A stretch of DNA of 64,000 bases from positions 120,413-184,412 of the forward strand of contig JABHYY010000018.1 in the NCBI GenBank assembly GCA_018653605.1. The letters run 5' to 3'. The notes beneath the pieces are model-generated. The model was given only the letters and a program-made list of their open reading frames with translations, searched no databases and was not told where the DNA came from. The translations under genes and the position numbers were made by a program. The DNA is from an archaeon (lineage in GTDB: Archaea > Nanobdellota > Nanobdellia > SCGC-AAA011-G17 > GW2011-AR17). Within the stretch, counting starts at the first letter, position 1, and each line of letters opens with the position of its first letter. Below are positions 29,060 to 38,705 of this stretch, piece by piece.

Positions 29060-30628
29060 ATGAAAAAAGCACTAATCTTTATATTTCTAGCATTAATAGT
29101 ACTAAAACTAATTCTATCTATATTCATCCAAGTACCATTAGGATACTCTGACTCCCTTGCTTACATGCAATCAGCAGGTGACTTTTTTGAAGATAAAAGC
29201 CTGCTAGACCAAGCTGAAAACAAATTTCCCTTCCTTTACCCAATAATAATATCCCCAGCATACTTTTTCAATGACATCCACTTTGGAATCATTCTAATCA
29301 ATGCAATCCTTACCTCAGCAATTCTTTTCCCAGCATACCTTTTTAGTAGAGAATTCCTAAACAAGAAAAAAAGTTTAGCAATAGCATCAATAACAGCACT
29401 GATTCCACCAATCTTCATATTCACATTCATTTTCATGAGCGAAAGCTTGTTTTACACTTTATTCCTATTCACAATATACTTCATTTACAAAGCATTCAAA
29501 GATAACACACTCAAATGGAACATCCTAGCAGGAATTGGAATTGCTTTATGTTTTCAAACAAAAATATTAGCACTATTCTTATTCCCAACAATAATAATTC
29601 TAACAATCCTAAACAGAGAAAAAATATACAACAAAGTAATACTATTATTTACAGCACTAATAGCAACCCTACCATGGATAATTGCAAGAGGAACTTTGTA
29701 TGGTTACAAAATATCAAGTGTGATTGGCTACCCAGACTCAATTGAAGTGAGCAGTGGACTTCACCTAACCTCAAAGTTAACCTGGTTCTTCCTACACATT
29801 GATTACCTAATCATTGCAACAGGAATAATTTTCTTAATCCTAACACTACAAGCAGTAATCCAATACAAACAACTAACACAAAACCAAAAATTGTTAACAC
29901 AAGTAACATTGATTTCAACTTTCTTCCTTTTCCTAATCACAGCAAACCACAGTGGATCATACCAACACTACTATGACTACAGAATTGTTGGTAGATACAT
30001 TGCATGCATTTTTCCATTATTCATACTACTAGGTGCAACAACTTTAACAAAATTCAAAAAAATCTCAAAAACAGCAACCCTAACAACAGCAGGATACATT
30101 GCACTAACAACACCATTTTTACTTTATGACACTTTCTTCCCAATCAACAATTCATCCTGGGCACACATTGGAATTTTAAAATACATCCTACCCTCAACAG
30201 CACTAATTACAATACTTTTAGTAATAGCAACTTTAGTTTTCCTAAAAAACATAAAAATACAAAAATTGTTAACACTAGCAATTATATATTTTTTATTAAT
30301 GTCTTTGTTAAGCACAGCAATCATAATTTATGACACAGAGTACAGGTGGAAACCAACAGAACCAGTACAATTAGGTTTATTCTTTGAAGAAAATAAAGGA
30401 ACAGTACTAATTGATGAAACTTTGACAGAGTTTGAATACAACAAAACAGAAGATCTCACAGATCCCAATGAAAGACAGATTGAAGTAATGGCTTATTGGC
30501 TTGAAGAATATACAATAGGTGAAATAGCAAGCTACCAAGAATATGATTATATTGTAACAAAGCAATCACTTTCATTACCAATAGTTTTTGTCACAGAACA
30601 AGCAACTAAAGTGTATTATAATCCATAG
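29060..30628 (+). CDS. Polytopic membrane protein, GT-C (PMT_2/ArnT-like) glycosyltransferase candidate
   Basis: At least 11 TM helices; a first-loop acidic segment YSDSLAYMQSAGDFFED; a large C-terminal soluble domain. The start is taken at MKKALIF. Confidence 0.4.
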   Translation: MKKALIFIFLALIVLKLILSIFIQVPLGYSDSLAYMQSAGDFFEDKSLLDQAENKFPFLYPIIISPAYFFNDIHFGIILINAILTSAILFPAYLFSREFLNKKKSLAIASITALIPPIFIFTFIFMSESLFYTLFLFTIYFIYKAFKDNTLKWNILAGIGIALCFQTKILALFLFPTIIILTILNREKIYNKVILLFTALIATLPWIIARGTLYGYKISSVIGYPDSIEVSSGLHLTSKLTWFFLHIDYLIIATGIIFLILTLQAVIQYKQLTQNQKLLTQVTLISTFFLFLITANHSGSYQHYYDYRIVGRYIACIFPLFILLGATTLTKFKKISKTATLTTAGYIALTTPFLLYDTFFPINNSSWAHIGILKYILPSTALITILLVIATLVFLKNIKIQKLLTLAIIYFLLMSLLSTAIIIYDTEYRWKPTEPVQLGLFFEENKGTVLIDETLTEFEYNKTEDLTDPNERQIEVMAYWLEEYTIGEIASYQEYDYIVTKQSLSLPIVFVTEQATKVYYNP

Positions 30629-30669
30629 GATCAGTAGAAGCTTTGACTACTATGATTTGAATTGATAAA

Positions 30670-31020
30670 TTAATTCTCAACTATACTATCAATACTTACA
30701 AAAGGCAAAGATGGATTTACAGGATTACTTTTACCCCTTCTTCTAAGACTTCTATTACATTGTTCCATATTTTTCCCCCAACCATCCACAGATAACAAAG
30801 GGAAATAACAAACTTGACCTTCAGTTGTTGTACTATGTCCAAAACCAAATCTAACAAATCTCTCACCCTCAAAAATAACTCCTTGTCCCACATCTATTTC
30901 ATCAATACCTTTACCATAAGGAAGATCAACTGTTCTAATAGAAAAAATCCCTGGATTCCCAGGATCATCAGACCATTCATGAATAACTACTCGTGTTCCA
31001 ATATAATCTTGTTCTGTCAT
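30670..31020 (-). CDS. Hypothetical protein (116 aa, Lys-poor, Arg/Gly-rich)
   Basis: A clean ORF whose composition is atypical for this genome. Confidence 0.35.
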   Translation of the reverse strand: MTEQDYIGTRVVIHEWSDDPGNPGIFSIRTVDLPYGKGIDEIDVGQGVIFEGERFVRFGFGHSTTTEGQVCYFPLLSVDGWGKNMEQCNRSLRRRGKSNPVNPSLPFVSIDSIVEN

Positions 31021-31079
31021 ACAATTATATAGTGCAAGATCTTATATAAATTTTATCAAACTACAAACAATCCCTAGAG

Positions 31080-31880
31080 TCAATATAAACTTTGAAAACT
31101 ATGTGTCCTACTTAAAGGAGTTATAATATCTGAAGCCGGAATAAATCTACACCCAAAATAACCCTCTCTTTCTAAAATTTCACAACCTACCTCAATATCT
31201 TCTTCAAAAGACCCCTCATTTTCTATAGCAGTCATTCCTACATCAATATATATCCTTTCAGTCAAAGGCTTAACAACAAAAGGAGACAAATCTTTAAAGT
31301 ATTGATAACCTTCATCAGTTAAAGTTATTTCAACAACACCTAAAGGAGAAACAATTCCACTAACATAATTTCCATCAGGATATTTTTTCCTAAATCCTTT
31401 ATTCCTTTCCACCATTGCAGCAAGATCTGTCCCAGAAGGTAAACCAATTAACTGTAAACCTCCTAATCTTCTTTCCCAATCTTCATCATTGTGATTATGA
31501 TAATCTCCTATAGAATCACACCTATCTACAACATAACTCCAGTAATCAAAATTAATTTTTGTACTATATTCATTTGACACTATCCCAGCTTCATGCCAAG
31601 TTTCTTCACAATGAGAATAAAGCCAACTATCCTCCATATCAGAAGTCCTTGACAATTGAATCAATGTTACTAAACCATCTCTTTCATTTTGATAACTTAT
31701 TGTTCTAAAAGAATCATTAAGATTAATAACAGGTTCTTCCACCACTATTTCTGTTATTGGTTCTTTCCTAAAAACAAAAGGATTTTTAATGATACCATAT
31801 GAATATGCAATTACAACTCCAGCAATAATAGGACCAACAATTGAGGGTATTATTGATTTAAATATAGAACTTCTTCCCAT
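31080..31880 (-). CDS. Hypothetical membrane-anchored protein (266 aa)
   Basis: An N-terminal TM helix (SIIPSIVGPIIAGVVIAY). An HNHNDED...SGTD segment could be a degenerate HxH...SxxD metal site. Confidence 0.35.
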   Translation of the reverse strand: MGRSSIFKSIIPSIVGPIIAGVVIAYSYGIIKNPFVFRKEPITEIVVEEPVINLNDSFRTISYQNERDGLVTLIQLSRTSDMEDSWLYSHCEETWHEAGIVSNEYSTKINFDYWSYVVDRCDSIGDYHNHNDEDWERRLGGLQLIGLPSGTDLAAMVERNKGFRKKYPDGNYVSGIVSPLGVVEITLTDEGYQYFKDLSPFVVKPLTERIYIDVGMTAIENEGSFEEDIEVGCEILEREGYFGCRFIPASDIITPLSRTHSFQSLY

Positions 31881-31948
31881 TTTATAAAAATAATATTTGT
31901 AGTTTATATTTAAAGGTTTAGAACTTCAATTTCTTCAAACCTAATACA

Positions 31949-31971
31949 AACAATCCATAAACCTTAAAAAA
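31949..31971. promoter_or_regulatory. Partial copy of the repeated promoter module (aacaatccataaaccttaaaaaa) upstream of wzx
   Basis: Its 23 nt are identical to 42593-42615. The TATA-like ttaaaaaa lies ~25 nt upstream of the wzx ATG. Confidence 0.5.
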
Positions 31972-31992
31972 CAATCTTCTATTAACTAAATA

Positions 31993-33465
31993 ATGAAACA
32001 CCCTCTTAGAAACATTGCAAAAGGTGCAGGTATTGTACTCTTTGGAATAATCATCTCAAAATTCTTAGGTTATCTTTACAGAATCATCATTGCAAGGCTT
32101 GGACCAGAAGCCTATGGTGAGCTATCCTTAGGCCTTGCAGTTTTCGGAATTCTAAGCATTGTTTCAATATTAGGTCTGGACATGGGAATTCTCAGATACA
32201 TTTCAATATACAAAAGCAAAAACCAGAATGAACAAATCAAAGGCACAATAACCTTTGCAATGAAAACAACAGTAACAATAGCAATAATACTAGGAACATT
32301 ACTATTCATTTTCGCAAACCAAATATCAACATTTTTCTTTCACACTGAAAACATCACAATCTTAATAAAAATAATAGCATTCGCACTACCATTTGAAGCA
32401 ATTCGAGTTATCACAGTAAACACATTCAAAGCATTCTCAAAAATCCAATACGATGTTTACACAAGAATTTTAACAGAAAACACACTAAAAATAATTTTAA
32501 CCCTAATATTCATACAACTAGGACTGAGTGTAACAGGAGCAATACTAGCTTTCACCCTATCAATAATAATCAGCACAATTTTCTCATTAACAGTATTACA
32601 AACAAAAGTATTCAAACTAACAAACAAAATAAAATCAATCTGCAAAAGAAAAGAAGTTCTGCTATACTCAATCCCATTATTATTCAACTCATTAACAATC
32701 ATGATAATAACTTGGATTGACACCTTAATGCTTGGCTTTTTCAGAACAACAGCAGAAGTTGGTATTTACAACGCAGCAATCCCAACAGCAAAACTAATCT
32801 TAATCCTACCAACAGCAATGATTGGACTTTTCATTCCAACAATCTCAGAATACTTAGACAACAAAACCCAACTAAGAAGACTGTTTTACATAACAACAAA
32901 ATGGATTTTAATAATTAACCTGCTATTCCTTTCACTAGCAATAATTTTCAGCCAAGAACTACTAACCATCCTATTCGGCTCACAATACACAGCAGGTTAC
33001 ATAGCACTAACAATCTTAATCACTGGATATTTCATAAATGGCCTTGTTTACACATCAAGAGACATCTTAATGCTACTCAAAAAAAGCAAAATAATCTTAA
33101 TAGCAACTTTAATAGGCGGTACGCTAAACATAATCTTGAACTACATCCTAATTCCAATATACGGCTTCAATGGCGCAGCAATGGCAACAGCAATATCACT
33201 AATAATCCTAAGCTTAATCCTGTTCATAAAAACAAAAATAAAACTAATAAACTTTAAACTAATCAAAGTATTCATAGTTGGAGCACTGTCAGCTCTATTA
33301 ACATACTACATAATAACATTAATAACAATACAAAACCAAATCTTACTAGTATTAACAGGAACCATTATAATGCTAACAATCTATCCAATAGCATTATACA
33401 TAACAAACAGCTTTGAAAAACAAGACATAACAATAATGAAGACAATCAGAAGCAAGCTAAAATGA
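31993..33465 (+). CDS. wzx: Oligosaccharide/polysaccharide flippase (Wzx, MOP superfamily)
   Basis: A 490-aa protein with ~14 TM helices. The N-terminus NIAKGAGIVLFGIIISKFLGYLYRIIIAR is typical of polysaccharide-biosynthesis flippases. Confidence 0.7.
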   Translation: MKHPLRNIAKGAGIVLFGIIISKFLGYLYRIIIARLGPEAYGELSLGLAVFGILSIVSILGLDMGILRYISIYKSKNQNEQIKGTITFAMKTTVTIAIILGTLLFIFANQISTFFFHTENITILIKIIAFALPFEAIRVITVNTFKAFSKIQYDVYTRILTENTLKIILTLIFIQLGLSVTGAILAFTLSIIISTIFSLTVLQTKVFKLTNKIKSICKRKEVLLYSIPLLFNSLTIMIITWIDTLMLGFFRTTAEVGIYNAAIPTAKLILILPTAMIGLFIPTISEYLDNKTQLRRLFYITTKWILIINLLFLSLAIIFSQELLTILFGSQYTAGYIALTILITGYFINGLVYTSRDILMLLKKSKIILIATLIGGTLNIILNYILIPIYGFNGAAMATAISLIILSLILFIKTKIKLINFKLIKVFIVGALSALLTYYIITLITIQNQILLVLTGTIIMLTIYPIALYITNSFEKQDITIMKTIRSKLK

Positions 33466-35339
33466 ACAAATACACCTATGAGATAAAGAAATCACCTAAA
33501 GCAACACCAATCAAAGCTTACAGATTCTTCAGAAAAAAAGTAGTTCTAAACATAAAAAGCCAATACATCAAATTCAAACCAATAAAAGTAAGTGACCAAG
33601 ACTTTTACAAACTTAACAATGTAAAAACAAAAAAGCAACTAATGCGAAAAATAAACCAAAAATTCCTTTTCATAAACACAATCAAGCTAAGAGATAAAGA
33701 ATTAATAGAAAAAGCAAACAACATTTTAAAAAAACAATACACTTACCTAGGAAAAACATACAAACTCAAAACAATAAACTGGCACCAAGATTTCAACTCA
33801 AAAAAAGTTTGGCCACTAGAACATTTCTCAACAATGCAATATGAAAATCTCAAAGACAACTCAGACATTAAAATTGTATGGGACTTTAACAGATTTCACC
33901 ATTTCCCAATCTTAGGTATAGCATACCAACAAACAAAAAACAAAAAATATGTTAAAGAATTTCAAGAACAAGTTATTAACTGGATAAAAAACAACCCAGT
34001 AGAATTCGGACCAAACTGGCTAACTCCAATGGAAGTTTCAATCAGAGCAATCAACTGGATCTACGCCTACCATCTTTTCAAAGATTGCACTGACATTGAT
34101 GAAAGGTTTTGGAAAGAATACTTCAAACAACTCTACTACAAAGGCAAATACATTAGAAACAACCTAGAATGGAGCCCAAAAAAAGAAAACCATTACATTT
34201 CAGACATTGTAGGCTTATTTTTCATAGGAACCACATTCAAAAACACAGACTTTGGAAAAAAATGGATCATATTTGCAAGAAAAGAACTTGAAAAAGAAAT
34301 AACAAAACAAGTTTCAGAAGATGGAGTAGACTATGAAGCTTCAATCAACTACCACAGACTTGTAACAGAACTATTCATGCTTACATACTTACTTGCACAA
34401 AAAAATAAAATAAAATTAAGTGAAAATTACACAAAAAGATTAGAAAACATGCTTGAATTCATCATGTACTACACAAAACCAAATGGCCAAGCATCAAGAA
34501 TTGGAGACACTGACAATGGCAGAGTGATAGACTTATGGACAGAAGACATCAATGACCATAGAGAACTCCTTTCAATAGGAGCTGTACTTTTCAGTAGAAG
34601 AGATTTCAAACACCATAGCAAAGATAACAAAACCTTACCATGGATAATGGGCTATGATACTTATAAGAAATACAAAACCATGAAAAAAGAAAAAAAAGAA
34701 TTACAATCAAAAACATTCAAACACTATCATATCATGCGAGACAAAGACTTTTTCTTAATGATACACTGTGGAGACATTGGAAGAGCTGGTTTTGGAGGCC
34801 ATGGCCATTGCGACCAACTTAGCTTTGAACTTTACTACAAAAAAGACATTGTAATTGACCCTGGAACTTTTTGCTACACTTCAAATGTAAGACAAAGACA
34901 CTTGTTCAGATCAAGTGCATACCATAACACAGTAAAAGTCAATGGAACTGAAATGGACGAAATAGAAATAGGCAAACCATTCTCAATGCTTTGGAAATCA
35001 AAAGCAAAATGCATCAAATGGGAAACAGGAGAAAAAGATGTTTTTGTTGGCAAACACCAGGGTTTTGACCCACACACTCACCTAAGAAGAATCATTTATG
35101 ACAAAAAAAGAAAAGAGGTCTTAATTACAGACAAAGTTACAAAATTCCCCAAAAGATTAGAGATAAACTTTCACATAGACAACAAAGACTTCAAAAAAGC
35201 AATAACAAGTAGTGTCAAACTAAAACCAATCAAAGGCTGGAAATCAGATTCATATGGAGTTAGAAAACCTTCAACAATTCTACAAGCAAAAACAGGTGAA
35301 ATTGAAATAACCACAATTATCAACCTACAAAAAGCTTAA
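33462..35339 (+). CDS. Heparinase II/III-like (alginate-lyase-fold) protein
   Basis: NWHQDF...WDFNRFHHF...GPNWLTPMEVSIRAINWIYAYHLF matches the conserved W/NW...E.SIR..NW core of Hepar_II_III-family proteins found in glycan loci. Its start overlaps the wzx stop. Confidence 0.5.
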   Translation: MNKYTYEIKKSPKATPIKAYRFFRKKVVLNIKSQYIKFKPIKVSDQDFYKLNNVKTKKQLMRKINQKFLFINTIKLRDKELIEKANNILKKQYTYLGKTYKLKTINWHQDFNSKKVWPLEHFSTMQYENLKDNSDIKIVWDFNRFHHFPILGIAYQQTKNKKYVKEFQEQVINWIKNNPVEFGPNWLTPMEVSIRAINWIYAYHLFKDCTDIDERFWKEYFKQLYYKGKYIRNNLEWSPKKENHYISDIVGLFFIGTTFKNTDFGKKWIIFARKELEKEITKQVSEDGVDYEASINYHRLVTELFMLTYLLAQKNKIKLSENYTKRLENMLEFIMYYTKPNGQASRIGDTDNGRVIDLWTEDINDHRELLSIGAVLFSRRDFKHHSKDNKTLPWIMGYDTYKKYKTMKKEKKELQSKTFKHYHIMRDKDFFLMIHCGDIGRAGFGGHGHCDQLSFELYYKKDIVIDPGTFCYTSNVRQRHLFRSSAYHNTVKVNGTEMDEIEIGKPFSMLWKSKAKCIKWETGEKDVFVGKHQGFDPHTHLRRIIYDKKRKEVLITDKVTKFPKRLEINFHIDNKDFKKAITSSVKLKPIKGWKSDSYGVRKPSTILQAKTGEIEITTIINLQKA

Positions 35340-35355
35340 AAATACCACAAAAAAC

Positions 35356-36819
35356 TTGACTACAATGCGAATACTATTCCTTATTCCAGAAATTCGAATT
35401 GCTAGGTACACACTACCCTTCTGGCTAAAAAGGCTAAACCCACCAGAATCACCACACCTAGGTGTAGCACAACTCTGCGAAATCTTGAAACAAAATGGCC
35501 ATCTAGTAAAAGTTATAGATTTGCAACTAAAAAACAAAGCTTATGCTAATAGAATTATCAAAAAGTTCAAACCAAATGTAATAGGCTTCACAATAACAAG
35601 CTACTGCACAGAAAAAGTTTACAATCATATTAGAAAAATAAAAGAACAACACCCAAGAACACCAATAATGGTAGGTGGTGCACACCCTTCTTGTGTTGGA
35701 AAAGATGTTCTAAAACAATGCGAAAAGATAGACTTTGCAGTTGTTGGTGAAGGTGAACAAACAATAATTGAATTGTTAAATGCTATTAAAAAAAATAAAG
35801 GTTTTTCAGATATTGATGGTTTAGGTTGGAGAAAGAATGGGGAGATTATAGCTAACAAACCAAGAAAATTCATTGACAACCTTGATGAAGTACCATTTCC
35901 AAAATACCATGAATTCAATTTACCCAAATATCAAGATTGGAAACAAAATAGTATATCAATGATAACTTCAAGAGGTTGCCCTTTCAGTTGTGTTTACTGT
36001 TCTGTGTTCCAAAGCATGGGGAAAAAGTTTAGAGTTCGTACAGCAGAGAATGTTGTAAAAGAAATTGAATACTGGCACAAAAGAGGGATTAAGAAATTTA
36101 ACTTCAATGACGACTGTTTCACACTAAAACCAAAACGAGTTGAAGAAATCTGTGACTTGATTCTTAAGAAAAAATTGAAAATTGAGTATAGGCTGTACAA
36201 TGGGATTAGAGTTGATTTATTGACCAAAGAATTAGTACACAAAATGAAACTAGCAGGTTGCACATCAACTTCTTTAGGTATAGAGACTGGAAATGAAGAA
36301 ACAATGCGACACATTAAGAAAAATATTAACTTTGACCAAGTTTTTAAGGCTATTAAATGGTTAAAAGAAGAAAAAATTGCTACTGTTGGAAACTTTATCA
36401 TCGGTCACCCATATGAAACTTACGAAAAAGGTTTAGATACAATCAAAATGTCAGAAAAAATAGAAACCGACTATATTAATTTTAATAATGTAATTCCATA
36501 TCCAGGAACAGAATTATTTGACTGGATAAAAACTCATGGTAAATTTACAATCTCTCCTGAAGTTTACCTTAACAATGTTTCAGGCAAAAGAATGAAAATG
36601 CCTCTTTTTGAAACCAAAGATTTTTCAGTTAAAGAAAGAGAAAAGTTATTGAAAAAAGGAGTTTATAATTTCAGGAAAAGGTACATTAGGAGCAAAGTTA
36701 GAAAACCTTTTTCAGAAATTTTAGTATATTTAGCAAAGTCCGATATAGCATTTGGTTTAATCGAAACAGCTAAAAACATGAAGATATTTACTATAATTAA
36801 GAAGAGTTTGATGAAATAA
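35356..36819 (+). CDS. B12-binding-domain radical SAM enzyme (class B)
   Basis: A B12-binding N-terminal domain followed by TSRGCPFSCVYC (CX3CX2C). Confidence 0.8.
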   Translation: MTTMRILFLIPEIRIARYTLPFWLKRLNPPESPHLGVAQLCEILKQNGHLVKVIDLQLKNKAYANRIIKKFKPNVIGFTITSYCTEKVYNHIRKIKEQHPRTPIMVGGAHPSCVGKDVLKQCEKIDFAVVGEGEQTIIELLNAIKKNKGFSDIDGLGWRKNGEIIANKPRKFIDNLDEVPFPKYHEFNLPKYQDWKQNSISMITSRGCPFSCVYCSVFQSMGKKFRVRTAENVVKEIEYWHKRGIKKFNFNDDCFTLKPKRVEEICDLILKKKLKIEYRLYNGIRVDLLTKELVHKMKLAGCTSTSLGIETGNEETMRHIKKNINFDQVFKAIKWLKEEKIATVGNFIIGHPYETYEKGLDTIKMSEKIETDYINFNNVIPYPGTELFDWIKTHGKFTISPEVYLNNVSGKRMKMPLFETKDFSVKEREKLLKKGVYNFRKRYIRSKVRKPFSEILVYLAKSDIAFGLIETAKNMKIFTIIKKSLMK

Positions 36820-36820
36820 A

Positions 36821-37345
36821 ATGGCAAGAGTAATAATACCAAAAACATGGGTTCCAATTGATGGACCCTTTGTATATCTAGCAGGACCTATTAGAGGTGC
36901 ACCAAATTGGCAAGATGAAGCTGTAAAATATCTTGTTTCACAAAAACAAGATATTACTATTATTTCACCAAGAAGAGAGATTAGAGAAGCCATTGAACGA
37001 TATGTTGTAAAAGGAGAAGAAGGTGCATTTGATAGACAAAGAAAATGGGAAAGGCAATACATGGACATGGCTATGATTGGAGGACAAGGGGTAATTATGT
37101 TTTGGCTACCAGGTGAAACTAATCATTTATGTCAAAAACCATATGGTGCAATGACAAGGTTTGAACTTGGATATGTATTAGCAAACCATAGAAATGACAG
37201 ATCAGCAAAATTTTGTATAGGAAGTGATGGAAATTTTCCTGAATTAAGAACTATAGAGGTTGATTTGAGTATAGATTCACCTTTAACAACAGTTTATGAA
37301 ACTTTAGAAGCAACTTGTTATAAAGCATTAAATTTAATGAAATGA
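36821..37345 (+). CDS. Nucleoside 2-deoxyribosyltransferase-like protein (NDT/Rcl/BlsM-type N-glycosidase fold)
   Basis: FVYLAGPIRGAPNW...VIMFWLPGE...GAMTRFELGYVLAN is the hallmark VYLAGP N-terminus with a conserved Glu in the flavodoxin-like fold. Confidence 0.5.
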   Translation: MARVIIPKTWVPIDGPFVYLAGPIRGAPNWQDEAVKYLVSQKQDITIISPRREIREAIERYVVKGEEGAFDRQRKWERQYMDMAMIGGQGVIMFWLPGETNHLCQKPYGAMTRFELGYVLANHRNDRSAKFCIGSDGNFPELRTIEVDLSIDSPLTTVYETLEATCYKALNLMK

Positions 37346-38356
37346 AATTCTATCAACATCCATACTTTCCATATTAGATGGACAATCAGAACACAACTTA
37401 ATTCTCATCTTATCTCTTAAAATCTGTGTTCTAAAAGCAACAAACTTTTCATTATTCCAAACAGACATAAATCCACCATCAGAAACATTACCAAACTTAA
37501 AATGTTCAAAAGCATCAAAACAACAAGGAACAACATTACCATCATAATTAATACTAGCTCCAACCCACAACCCATCACACCCATTAACAATGTTTTTCTT
37601 ATAACTCAACTTCCCATCAACAATCCTATACCTAGAATACTTTTCATTAGGTAAAAACTCTTTAGCTCGATCCTCATTCCCAAAAAGAAAAACAGTTTTC
37701 AAAATCAACTCATTCACACCTAGCTCTTTAGCCAATTTCTTAATATCCTCAATCTGATCCTCATTCTGCTTCATAACAATAAACTGCATTGAAACAAAAG
37801 GAAAATACCTATCACCTTTCTCTTTAGCCAACAACTTCAACCCTTTCAAATTAGCATTAAAATCACAATTCCCTCTATACTTCAAATAAGTTTTCTCATC
37901 AACACCATCAATAGCAACAATCAACTCATCCAACCCAGAATCAATAATTTTTTTAACATTATCCATATCCCTAAAAGCAACTCCATTTGTACTTGTAATG
38001 ACTTTCAACCCTTTTTTCTTAGCCAACTTAATCATTTGAATCAAATTCTTATTCAAAAAAGGCTCACCATAATTCCACAAAGTCACAGAAAATGCAGTAT
38101 CACCCAACTCATCCAACAACTTTTTGTACTCCTTAATTCCCATAACACCTTGCTTCTTAGTTAACTTTCCATTACCTCTAGGACAAAGACAACACTTAGC
38201 ATTACAAATATTAGTAGGCTCAATAAACAAAGAAAGAGGCTTACCCCAAACTTTAGGCCTTTTCAATTTCAAAGACAAATGCACTAAAAAGTAATTCCAC
38301 ATTCTTTTCAAAGTTAAATTCTTTGAATAAATCCTAAATTTCTTGACTAAACTCAT
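37334..38356 (-). CDS. Radical SAM enzyme with a C-terminal SPASM-like domain
   Basis: CNAKCCLC (CX3CX2C); C-terminal CDGLW...GNVVPCCFD...CSDCP cluster. Confidence 0.75.
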   Translation of the reverse strand: MSLVKKFRIYSKNLTLKRMWNYFLVHLSLKLKRPKVWGKPLSLFIEPTNICNAKCCLCPRGNGKLTKKQGVMGIKEYKKLLDELGDTAFSVTLWNYGEPFLNKNLIQMIKLAKKKGLKVITSTNGVAFRDMDNVKKIIDSGLDELIVAIDGVDEKTYLKYRGNCDFNANLKGLKLLAKEKGDRYFPFVSMQFIVMKQNEDQIEDIKKLAKELGVNELILKTVFLFGNEDRAKEFLPNEKYSRYRIVDGKLSYKKNIVNGCDGLWVGASINYDGNVVPCCFDAFEHFKFGNVSDGGFMSVWNNEKFVAFRTQILRDKMRIKLCSDCPSNMESMDVDRISFH

Positions 38357-38397
38357 TCAGAATAAGCAATAAACTACTCTTTAAAAGATTTTCCAAG

Positions 38398-38688
38398 CTA
38401 ATCTCTATATCCACACTTCTTTGCAGCTCTTTGAGAAAAACCTTCTAAACAAAAAAAAGAATACCAAACCCCATATCCAACACAAAGATCACCAGTTTTA
38501 CCACATCTATATTCAGTTCTAGTAGGAACAGTATTTTCAACTACAACAGGAGTAGCTACTGAAATATCTGAATCATCAACACTTAAAGTTACAAAACTAG
38601 TAGCATTTTGTATACCTTTCTCAAAATCACTCAAGGGAACCTTTTCTTTCAAAATATGTGAACAAACATCTTCAACTGCCATAAACAC
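38398..38688 (-). CDS. Small Cys-rich protein (96 aa) immediately upstream of a SPASM radical SAM gene
   Basis: The C-terminal 35 aa carry 4 Cys plus Asp/Glu (RCGKTGDLCVGYGVWYSFFCLEGFSQRAAKKCGYRD). A 41-nt spacer separates it from the rSAM gene. Confidence 0.4.
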   Translation of the reverse strand: MFMAVEDVCSHILKEKVPLSDFEKGIQNATSFVTLSVDDSDISVATPVVVENTVPTRTEYRCGKTGDLCVGYGVWYSFFCLEGFSQRAAKKCGYRD

Positions 38689-38705
38689 TTCAAAAAAATG
38701 TCCTC

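Noticed and set aside
20643-38356. The SPASM radical SAMs read as anaerobic sulfatase-maturating enzymes, implying sulfated glycans
   Set aside because: No sulfatase or sulfotransferase genes are in the window. The assignment cannot be supported from sequence inspection alone. It is left as generic SPASM/twitch radical SAM.
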